Below, in pieces: positions 1 through 7,496 of a DNA stretch of 35,136 nt. Each line of letters starts with the position of its first letter. Within the stretch, counting starts at the first letter, position 1. The notes beneath the pieces were generated by a model that searched no databases, was not told where the DNA came from, and saw only the letters and a list, made by a program, of their open reading frames with translations. Origin of the DNA: Myxococcota bacterium (lineage in GTDB: Bacteria > Myxococcota_A > Bradymonadia > UBA4248); contig JAZRWV010000014.1 of assembly GCA_045599925.1 (NCBI GenBank), positions 1 to 35,136 of the forward strand, given 5' to 3'. The position numbers were made by a program, and so were the translations under genes.

Positions 1-32
1 CGCATACGGCCTTTTATTCAATGTGCAATTGT

Positions 33-162
33 TTTAACCAATCCGATGGATGATGCGGCATAGCATGATACGCCATTACGTGAATTTGTTTTCGTTTCTC
101 GTTGTTCGTTTCGCGTTGTGTTTAACCGATCCGCTCGATGATGTGGTGTAGCATGTTACGCC
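33..162. repeat. pair of 42-bp direct repeats (33-74 and 121-162) separated by a T/G-rich spacer
   Basis: Manual alignment gives 35/42 identical positions. The core GTAGCATGTTACGCC recurs as GTAACATGCTACGCC at 10650-10664, again preceded by T/G-rich sequence. Confidence 0.7.
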
Positions 163-172
163 GAAATAAAAG

Positions 173-1849
173 CTAATTGTTTGAAAAGCTAATAGCTATT
201 TTCGCCGTTTGTGTGGTCTGAAGGGCTGGCGACGTCGGCAGATCTGAATAAGCATCGAGAATACAGCTCACAATTTCAGGAGAAAATGCAGGCTGTGGAC
301 GCTTGGTGTCAATGGGATCCCGCAAAATTCCTTTGTTCGGACGTCCCATACTCGACCCGTTGAGTGGCTGTTCAAGAATAAATGTGGCATTTGGTCCGCT
401 ATAATTCTTGGGAAAACACGATTTAACCGCCGATTCTTTAGCTTTCAATGTCGCTTTCCACGAAGACTGTTCCGGTGTTGGAATGCCTTCAAAAATATAG
501 GGAGCAACGACAACGGATTCTCTTTCTTTGCGGAATGAAAGCATTGCCGCTTTCGATTTAAATGCCACTGGAATAGATGGTTCTATCTGCTTAAACCATG
601 ATGCAAGTGACTTGTTTCGTTGAACAGCTGAAAAAAGATTTTGATAATGAATCGCTCCGACGAGTTCAATCAGCGCTGAATCCAGTTGTTCATTGCTTAA
701 CATGGCTTCAAAAAATGCCTGAAGTGTCGGATCATCGGCACTAAGATAAATAAATGGAAGCCAGGAAATCATCATCAATGAGGGTGAGGACAGGGCTTCT
801 TCATCAGCAGAATTGGAAGGCATATCCTTTGATTTGTTGATTTGATTGAAGCTGTCGATTGTTAAATTAACAAGGCGTGGCGGAAGATCACCGCCTTGCT
901 GTGAAAGCGTGCTGAGTTGAACAATTTTTTGCAGCAGATCGTTTTGTTCAATCTTCCACAACTGCTGTAATATACCATCATCTTTGGATTTCATCAGGTC
1001 GATAATGGCAACGTGGGTATCTTTGTCGGATGAATCGAGAAGTCTGCTGAGATAAACCGTTCTGGCTTTGTAGGTTTGAGAAACATTTTCATCATTGCTA
1101 AGATATTTCCAGGCTACACGCTGGGAATTCACGCATTTTTTCAGCGATTTTGTGTCGAGGTTTTCAATATCATCCAGTGTGAGAATATCCGAATAGGTGT
1201 CAGAAAACAGTTTGAAGCAGCTATCAGCTTCTGTTTCCCACAATGATTTCATATCTGAATTGAATACGACAACTGGATAATATGCAGAGACATCTTCCAC
1301 TCGCCGGGAGCGCAAAAATGAATCATCGTGCAAAATATAAAAGCCAGGTTCAAGTGCTGCATTGAAATGAATCTCTGCAAATCCGGATTCCGGCTCAATC
1401 ACATTGAGATTCATACTGACATCGCGTTCCGGAATCCACGCAACATTCGTATTATCGACATTATCAAACCAGTGATCTGTATTGACCGAAATGCCTTTAA
1501 ATGCAGTGAGTTGAAGCTGGGAAAGGTTCAGTGTCGTCGTGACAATACTCAAGTCCAGAACTGAAGTTTCAGGGATACCAACGGGTTGTTCAAACCCAAA
1601 CCCGCGCTCAGCATTCGTTGGTTTGAGAAGTTCTGCAGACCCCGCTTTTATTTCCTTAAAGGTTGCGTCATTGCGAATAAAAACACCTTCATTCTTTGGT
1701 TTTGGTGCATGCTGAATGATTTTATGAGTGATTTCCAGTTCTGTCTGAGATGCATTTTCCTGACCATATGTTTTGTCTTTTGCCTGAGGCGAACAGGATG
1801 TCAGGAATAACGCACAAATGAAGGAAATGATAATAAATCTGTATTTCAT
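173..1849 (-). CDS. putative lipoprotein, unknown function
   Basis: Long ORF. The ATG at 1849 gives MKYRFIIISFICALFLTSC, a signal peptide with lipobox L-T-S-C. The ORF-track start at 1858 is GTG. I recognise no catalytic motif. Confidence 0.6.
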   Translation of the reverse strand: MKYRFIIISFICALFLTSCSPQAKDKTYGQENASQTELEITHKIIQHAPKPKNEGVFIRNDATFKEIKAGSAELLKPTNAERGFGFEQPVGIPETSVLDLSIVTTTLNLSQLQLTAFKGISVNTDHWFDNVDNTNVAWIPERDVSMNLNVIEPESGFAEIHFNAALEPGFYILHDDSFLRSRRVEDVSAYYPVVVFNSDMKSLWETEADSCFKLFSDTYSDILTLDDIENLDTKSLKKCVNSQRVAWKYLSNDENVSQTYKARTVYLSRLLDSSDKDTHVAIIDLMKSKDDGILQQLWKIEQNDLLQKIVQLSTLSQQGGDLPPRLVNLTIDSFNQINKSKDMPSNSADEEALSSPSLMMISWLPFIYLSADDPTLQAFFEAMLSNEQLDSALIELVGAIHYQNLFSAVQRNKSLASWFKQIEPSIPVAFKSKAAMLSFRKERESVVVAPYIFEGIPTPEQSSWKATLKAKESAVKSCFPKNYSGPNATFILEQPLNGSSMGRPNKGILRDPIDTKRPQPAFSPEIVSCILDAYSDLPTSPALQTTQTAKIAISFSNN

Positions 1850-1976
1850 GAATATCACCGGGAACTGCCGATGCAGATTAAAATGACTTGAAGTTTAGCC
1901 GGTTTGAACCAGCCTTCTTGGAGCAATATTAACACAAAAACGTTTTGTTGCTCATTTCTTAACAATAGAGGTATGG

Positions 1977-2984
1977 ATGCCTTCATCATGCCGAATGAAT
2001 GCATGTTTTGGATTATCTGTGGATTGTTTTGAAATGCGTAATAAAACTAGAACTGGAAATGAAAAAAGAGGTCAGTCTCGATTATCGGTGCAAACATCGC
2101 CAAATTCCTCAAAAAATCGTCGTTTTACGGTGACTGAAACCACTGGCTTACTGGAATTTTTGCTGAAAAAGCTGTCAGGTCAGAGTGCGACATCGATAAA
2201 ACAGCTTTTGAAACATCGATGCATTTCGGTAAACGATGGCGAAGCTGTAACGCAATTCGATTATGTCCTGAATCCGGGAGATGTGGTTTCACTCGTATCG
2301 GCGAGTGAAAATCGATTTGCCCTTCATCACCTCAAACTTCGCATTTTGTATGAAGATGATTATCTGATTGCCGTGGACAAAGCGACTGGGCTTCATTCGG
2401 TGGATACGACCGGCGGTGGCTGTGAAAATGCGTGCACGATTCTGGAAAATTATATCCGCCGCCGGGATCCGACACGCCGGATTTATATCGTTCATCGCTT
2501 GGATCGCGACACTTCCGGCGTTTTGATCTTTGCCAAATGCCGGGAAGCACAGAATCGTCTGATTGCCGATTGGAATGATCGCGTCGAAGAACGCGCCTAT
2601 ATTGCGGTTATTGAAGGAAGCCTGACCCCGAACAAAGGCACGATAGAATCCTGGCTTTATGAGGACGAACACAAAGTCGTTCACAGCACAAATGATCCGA
2701 ACAAAGGACTTCATGCCGTAACCCATTACGAAGTTGTGAAATCGAATGACAAGTGGACGAAAGTTCGCCTGGATTTGGAAACGGGAAGGACCAATCAGAT
2801 AAGGGTGCATCTGGAATCGCTGGGACATCCGATTATTGGGGATGAAAAATATGGGTCCAAAGCGAATCCGATACATCGGCTTGGGCTTCATGCGTTGAAT
2901 ATTCGCTTTGTGCATCCGATAACGGGACGCATGATGAGTTTTATGGTGCCGGAACCTTCTGATTTTGATGGATTATTCCAATAA
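1977..2984 (+). CDS. RluA-family rRNA pseudouridine synthase (S4-like N-terminal domain plus catalytic domain)
   Basis: Catalytic motif HRLDRDTSGVLIFAK and GRTNQIRVHL are present, with an S4-like segment upstream. AGAGG lies 5 nt before the ATG at 1977. An alternative start is ATG 2034. Confidence 0.9.
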   Translation: MPSSCRMNACFGLSVDCFEMRNKTRTGNEKRGQSRLSVQTSPNSSKNRRFTVTETTGLLEFLLKKLSGQSATSIKQLLKHRCISVNDGEAVTQFDYVLNPGDVVSLVSASENRFALHHLKLRILYEDDYLIAVDKATGLHSVDTTGGGCENACTILENYIRRRDPTRRIYIVHRLDRDTSGVLIFAKCREAQNRLIADWNDRVEERAYIAVIEGSLTPNKGTIESWLYEDEHKVVHSTNDPNKGLHAVTHYEVVKSNDKWTKVRLDLETGRTNQIRVHLESLGHPIIGDEKYGSKANPIHRLGLHALNIRFVHPITGRMMSFMVPEPSDFDGLFQ

Positions 2985-2985
2985 T

Positions 2986-3026
2986 AAAAAAGCGGTGCGT
3001 ACTGAGCCGAAGCGAAGTAGCACCGC
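2986..3026 (-). terminator. probable intrinsic terminator for the L,D-transpeptidase gene, formed by a hairpin of the bulged-G repeat family
   Basis: Stem GCGGTGC(G)TACT / AGTAGCACCGC spans 2992-3026. On the minus strand it is followed by TTTTTT (the A-run at 2986-2991). Confidence 0.5.
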
Positions 3027-3060
3027 AGCGCGTGCGTATTCGCAAAGCGAATAGCGCGCG
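2992..3060. repeat. two adjacent bulged-G hairpin repeats (REP/BIME-like) between convergent genes
   Basis: Hairpin 1 (2992-3026): GCGGTGC-G-TACT ... AGTA-GCACCGC. Hairpin 2 (3034-3055): GC-G-TATTCGC AAA GCGAATA-GC. Both have one unpaired G after GC in the 5' arm. Confidence 0.8.
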
Positions 3061-3087
3061 TCCATACCAAATCAAACCAACAGGCCG

Positions 3088-5337
3088 TTATTCGGTCGTC
3101 GTATCGGCACCGACATCGCCCTGAAGCGAAGTTCTTGCAATCCATGCCTTGGGATTCGGCTTGCACTTAAGGTCTTTTTCCTTTGGCGGTTCGAGTGCAT
3201 AACGAATGTAGCGATAAGGATCGGCGAGGAAATAGACGAGTCCGTCGTCATCGACGCGAACATTGAAATAATCGATGAAGACGTCGAAACGAGTTTTGAG
3301 AATGAAACGTCTGGGTTCGAGATCCTCAATTTCCGTTTCGAGCTTGTCGTACCACTGGCCATCGTATTTGAGGAGTCGTTTGGCGAGTTCCAGAGGCTCC
3401 CAAACGCGCATACAACCGTGACTGAAAGCGCGAATCGGGTATTTAAAGAGGCCTTTTTGCGGACTGTCGTGCAAAAACGTACTATTTGGATTCGGGAAGA
3501 TGAATTTGACCCGACCGAGTGCATTTTTCTCGCCAGGAAGCTGTCTCAGGACCGTGTGACCTTTTTCGGTATAATATTCGAACTCATGTTCTTTAAGCCA
3601 GTTGGGGTCGGCATTGATTTTTTCGATATAATCTTCCTGTTCAATGCGAGGAGGCACGATCCAGTAAGGATTATACTCGATATAGAGCATTCTGGCGTGC
3701 ATGAGCGGAGTGGCATTGATGAATTTCCACTGCTTTGTATCTGGATCGCAGGCACGTTTTGCATTTCCGGTGACGACGGGGAAGCGATAGACCATTTGAC
3801 CATCGCGCCAGACTTCGCCATGAAAATCGGGAACATTGATGAAAATATAATATGGCGACTGAATAATCTGGGTTTTATGCCAGCGACGAAGATTTTCCTC
3901 GATTTGTTCAACGCGTTTGGCTCGCGGTGTGTTCAGGCTTTCCCAAAATGCCTTTTGAATGCCTTTGGTTTCATCATAAGCGAGCTGATGAGCGTCGTGA
4001 TAGAGTCGAACGGCGGCCCGAAGTTCATCGTCATAGACCTCGGCGCCTTCGGCACTTAAAGCTTCGGGAGAAACATCGCCGTGATAGTAGCCTTCGGCGG
4101 CGAGTCGTTTTCTGAGGGCCGGAATGCCCTTGTTGGAACGACCACTTTTGAGCGTCATCGTGGAGATTTTATCCCAATCTTCGAGAGCCGCATAACGACT
4201 TCTGGCTTCCATGAGCTTTTTATAGGCCGGATGTGGCGGATAAAGAGCCTGAATGAGGGATTCAACATCTTGTGCATGCTGAAGTCGATCGATTTGTGCA
4301 TTGGCTGCTGCAGCTTCTGCCGCATTGGCGTCTTTAGCCTCATCGATAACGGGTTCTTCATTGACATCTTCGGCGACCTGAATTTCTTCAAAATCATTAG
4401 TTTTTTCCTCAGTTTCCTGAGTTTTTTCAGTTTCCTGTGGCGTGGTAGGCGTATCGAGAACGCGAACGAGTGAATCGAACCAGAGACGGGTTCTTTTGGC
4501 TGCAATTGCGCCGTATTTGGCGTCCGTAGGTCGTTTTCCGAGAGTTTCCTTTTCCTCATCCGTGAGGTGCGTCATGTTGTCGAATGCCATAGAACGCGCA
4601 AATCTCATAGCCAAATCAGCAGTTCGAACTTCGAGCTGAGCCGTTTGTTGTGCGGTTTGAGCAAGTTTTTTAGCGCGTTCAGCCACAGTCTGATGAAGCC
4701 TGGGCATGATGTTTTCGTCTTTGACGAGTTCTGTCATGAAGCTTTTGACGGAAGCCGCATCTTTATAATCGACTTGTTTTTCGAGAATCAAATCGACGAG
4801 TTTTGACTTTTCTTCATCCGTAAAGACAAAGTCTTTATTGTCTTCATCAGAGGAAGCATCCTGAAGGGCTTTCAGAGCTTCAGCCCAAGGGGCGACTTCG
4901 AGTTTTCCAAGCCCATGATTATTGAGTTGATTGAGTTCCTTTGTGAGAGGATCCATCGCGGATGTGAGCCCAGAACCCGATACGAAAATGGGGGAAAATT
5001 GGCGTGCTTCGTAGATTTCCTTCAGATCTGACTGCTGGAGAAATGCAATGCGATTGGGATCAGCTTTAGCTTTTTTAGAAGGAGGTTCGGCCGTGATAAG
5101 TTTTTGTATTTCGTTGGCCAGATCGTCAGATTTTGCAAATTTCATTGCAAAATTTGCGAGGTTTTCAGCGTTAACATTGACGAAATTCTCGGCATCTGTT
5201 CTGGCTTGAATCCTGGGATCGACGACATTCGATTCCTGAGTTAGAACAGGGGATACAGGGTCTTGCGGAAGTGGTGTGCTGTTTCCACATGCAGACAGCA
5301 AAAAAGCCAGAGAAATCGGAACAATCCATTGTTTCAT
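3088..5337 (-). CDS. YcbB/LdtD-like L,D-transpeptidase lipoprotein (PG-binding domain plus YkuD domain)
   Basis: YkuD catalytic motif FLHDSP...AFSHGCMRV. PG_binding_1-like segment IPALRKRLAAEGYYHGDV. MKQWIVPISLAFLLSACGN gives a lipobox when translation starts at ATG 5337. The ORF extends to ATG 5355. Confidence 0.9.
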   Translation of the reverse strand: MKQWIVPISLAFLLSACGNSTPLPQDPVSPVLTQESNVVDPRIQARTDAENFVNVNAENLANFAMKFAKSDDLANEIQKLITAEPPSKKAKADPNRIAFLQQSDLKEIYEARQFSPIFVSGSGLTSAMDPLTKELNQLNNHGLGKLEVAPWAEALKALQDASSDEDNKDFVFTDEEKSKLVDLILEKQVDYKDAASVKSFMTELVKDENIMPRLHQTVAERAKKLAQTAQQTAQLEVRTADLAMRFARSMAFDNMTHLTDEEKETLGKRPTDAKYGAIAAKRTRLWFDSLVRVLDTPTTPQETEKTQETEEKTNDFEEIQVAEDVNEEPVIDEAKDANAAEAAAANAQIDRLQHAQDVESLIQALYPPHPAYKKLMEARSRYAALEDWDKISTMTLKSGRSNKGIPALRKRLAAEGYYHGDVSPEALSAEGAEVYDDELRAAVRLYHDAHQLAYDETKGIQKAFWESLNTPRAKRVEQIEENLRRWHKTQIIQSPYYIFINVPDFHGEVWRDGQMVYRFPVVTGNAKRACDPDTKQWKFINATPLMHARMLYIEYNPYWIVPPRIEQEDYIEKINADPNWLKEHEFEYYTEKGHTVLRQLPGEKNALGRVKFIFPNPNSTFLHDSPQKGLFKYPIRAFSHGCMRVWEPLELAKRLLKYDGQWYDKLETEIEDLEPRRFILKTRFDVFIDYFNVRVDDDGLVYFLADPYRYIRYALEPPKEKDLKCKPNPKAWIARTSLQGDVGADTTTE

Positions 5338-5445
5338 AATGATATGGGCCTCCATGCCCGTGAGGTCATTTGTGAATGACCATTGAACTCACTATGCAAT
5401 AAAGGCAAAAAAAGGCAAAAAACCTAAGATAATCATCAAAATCGA

Positions 5446-6201
5446 TTATTTGCTGGATTTTTGAAGACCACGAAGGGTTCGCTGATCGCCTTCTTTTTTC
5501 TGGAGCTTTTCGCGTTCTTTCGTGATTTCGCTGGCGCGATCCAATTTCTGATGTTTTAAATAGAATCGTTCAAGGGGCATAAGGGCGAGGATTCTATTGG
5601 GATGGACATTGAGATTGGTGAGGAGATTGGACTCAGCTTTTTCGAGATCTCCGATATTTTCGTATGCGACGGCCAGTCTCATGCATATTTCACTCGTTGG
5701 AGTGACAAGAGTGAGCAGGCGTTCATAAAGTTCAATGGCCTGATTCCACTCCTGACGGGCAGAACGAATGCGTCCGAGAGAAAGAAGTACTTGAGTGTTT
5801 TTAGGCTGTAGGGATAGTGCTTCTTCAAAATATGCGATTGCGTATTCCTGTCTACCGGCATCGAATGCAATGTTTCCGGCCATTGCAAGGATTCGAGGAT
5901 TCTTGCCATTCATCTGAAGAGCTCGTTCGATGATCTTTTCTGCTTCAGGAATATTGCCGTGTTGAAGTTCGACTTTTGCCTGGAGCAGAAGAAGATTCCA
6001 GTCCTGAGTTTTCGGACTGATTTCTCTAAGATAGGATGCAGCAAGACTCCAGGCTGGTGTGTCTGCAAGTTCAGAGGCAATGGCTTTGGCCATATTAAAC
6101 TGCCAGTCTTCAGAGCCAATTTCGGGATCTGCCAATGCAGTATTTCCCGAAAAGGCGATGAAAATACACAGAAATAAAGTCTTAATACCGCAGGATTTCA
6201 T
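5446..6201 (-). CDS. secreted TPR-repeat protein
   Basis: N-terminal signal peptide (...SGNTALA/DPE). Several TPR-like repeats are visible (e.g. EYAIAYFEEALSLQPKN, WNQAIELYERLL, GDLEKAESNLLTNLNVHPN). The start lies 6 nt after the stop of the upstream gene. Confidence 0.75.
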   Translation of the reverse strand: MKSCGIKTLFLCIFIAFSGNTALADPEIGSEDWQFNMAKAIASELADTPAWSLAASYLREISPKTQDWNLLLLQAKVELQHGNIPEAEKIIERALQMNGKNPRILAMAGNIAFDAGRQEYAIAYFEEALSLQPKNTQVLLSLGRIRSARQEWNQAIELYERLLTLVTPTSEICMRLAVAYENIGDLEKAESNLLTNLNVHPNRILALMPLERFYLKHQKLDRASEITKEREKLQKKEGDQRTLRGLQKSSK

Positions 6202-6207
6202 TCACTA

Positions 6208-7338
6208 TTACATCGTGCGAAGTGGGAATTCATTCAGATTGGCATCAATACCTGTCCAGATATCGGTACCGACTTCGTGACGACAAGCCCACAATTCACC
6301 GACGCGTTTCATATTGGTGTCGTGTTTGATGAGACGACCTTCTGGTGGAAGTTGTGCAGGCGTTGCGAATTGCTTTTTCATTTCGTCCGAAGCATTTACC
6401 AGATCGAGCATCGGGCCTTTTTCGTAGTCGAGGAATGGAGAATGCCCAACAGCAAGGTATTTTCTGTCGGCTGCTTTAAGAAAATCGAGAATGCAATTGG
6501 GATGTTTCAGCCAGTCATTGGGGGCGCCATCCGGCGAAAGGAAGGATTCGTGTTCAGTAAAATGCGAATCTTCCATGCCCGATTCGCGAGCAGCATCGAT
6601 TTCTTCAATCCATTGAGCGAATCCTTCTGAGCCTGATTGCGCCAGATTTTGTGAAAGTTCTCCGGTTGGGCCGCCATGCATATAAATTGTGTCACGTCCC
6701 ATGAGGATATGCGGCCGTTGATTCAGCCACTTAATCCATGGATTTTTGAGAAGTCTTCGCGTCCTGCCTTCGGTCATGTGGGCAATAACAGCTTTTGGTG
6801 AAAGCCCAAGAAGTCCAAGAAGGATGTATTTTTGCTGACGTCCATACGCGCATTTTCCTCGCAACAAATCGCCATCGTGATTGCCAAAAATAACGAAGAA
6901 ATCGTTGGGATGTCGTCTCTGAAAACGCGAATAAAGCATCAGAGTTTCGAAGCATTTAAAGGCTTCGTAAACGGCGACGACGACTTCGTGGTCATCACAT
7001 GCCATGAGTTCTTTGCCGGATAAAAGCCCGCGAACGCCAAGATCTTTGCTCCAGTCGACGAAACGATTGCTTTCCCATTCGAGAACACTTTTGAGTTCAG
7101 GAATAGAATCGATGCGGCTTTGCGACATGGCACGAAGAGCCTCATTGCTCTGGTCTTCAGGCAATGCAAAACCGTCGCATAAGTCTCCGACCTGAATAAA
7201 TGCCGGATGGGATTCCCCCCTCAAACAGCTTCGTATTTCGAGACGTGTGATGAAATCGATGATTTCCCGGCCACAGCCATGAGTATCACCAATGCTGTAA
7301 ATGACCGAATTCGGAATTTTTTGCGTATATCTGGACAT
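6208..7338 (-). CDS. metallophosphoesterase with the PPP/ApaH-type motif set
   Basis: Motifs in order: GDTHGC, GDLCDG, GNHD, MHGG, VGHSP. No signal peptide. The start is placed at ATG 7338 (MSRYTQ; GAGG 5 nt upstream). The ORF-track extension to 7431 only translates the heptamer repeat. Confidence 0.8.
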   Translation of the reverse strand: MSRYTQKIPNSVIYSIGDTHGCGREIIDFITRLEIRSCLRGESHPAFIQVGDLCDGFALPEDQSNEALRAMSQSRIDSIPELKSVLEWESNRFVDWSKDLGVRGLLSGKELMACDDHEVVVAVYEAFKCFETLMLYSRFQRRHPNDFFVIFGNHDGDLLRGKCAYGRQQKYILLGLLGLSPKAVIAHMTEGRTRRLLKNPWIKWLNQRPHILMGRDTIYMHGGPTGELSQNLAQSGSEGFAQWIEEIDAARESGMEDSHFTEHESFLSPDGAPNDWLKHPNCILDFLKAADRKYLAVGHSPFLDYEKGPMLDLVNASDEMKKQFATPAQLPPEGRLIKHDTNMKRVGELWACRHEVGTDIWTGIDANLNEFPLRTM

Positions 7339-7385
7339 AATCGCCTCAGGAAAAAAGTGTTTGATCCTTATAGGCGATCTTTTAG

Positions 7386-7434
7386 GCAATGTGCAATGTG
7401 CAATGTGCAATGTACAATGGGCAATGTGCAATGA
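7386..7434. repeat. tandem heptanucleotide array, 7 units of GCAATGT (two variant units)
   Basis: Units read directly: gcaatgt x4, acaatgg, gcaatgt, gcaatga. The hairpin GTTGC-TTT-GCAAC follows at 7439-7451. The array lies 48-96 nt upstream of the phosphoesterase start. Confidence 0.95.
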
Positions 7435-7496
7435 CTCTGTTGCTTTGCAACGGCGATTAAAGCTTTATGTGGGCTACAATTGCTCATTGCAAATTG

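Noticed and set aside
1973-2032. 19-codon upstream ORF (MDAFIMPNECMFWIICGLF) overlapping the start of the pseudouridine synthase gene
   Set aside because: The SD-to-ATG spacing is only 1-2 nt, and the SD spacing fits ATG 1977 of the main ORF better. There is no evidence of function.
2289-2915. Long antisense ORFs inside well-supported genes. The full set is 2289-2915(-), 3418-4059(+), 8724-9446(+), 14813-15256(+), 15475-15849(+), 21373-22038(-), 28321-28812(-) and 30714-31229(-).
   Set aside because: Each lies wholly inside, and opposite to, a gene with clear family motifs. Their translations are compositionally odd (Cys/Arg/His/Phe-rich) and show no motifs or start signals. Those at 14.8-15.8 kb are artefacts of the 111-bp coding periodicity.
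7339-7431. N-terminal extension of the phosphoesterase ORF (MHIAHCTLHIAHCTLPKRS...)
   Set aside because: It is only the translation of the heptamer array and spacer. A good SD (GAGG) and the conserved GDxHG motif follow ATG 7338 closely, so the shorter start is used.
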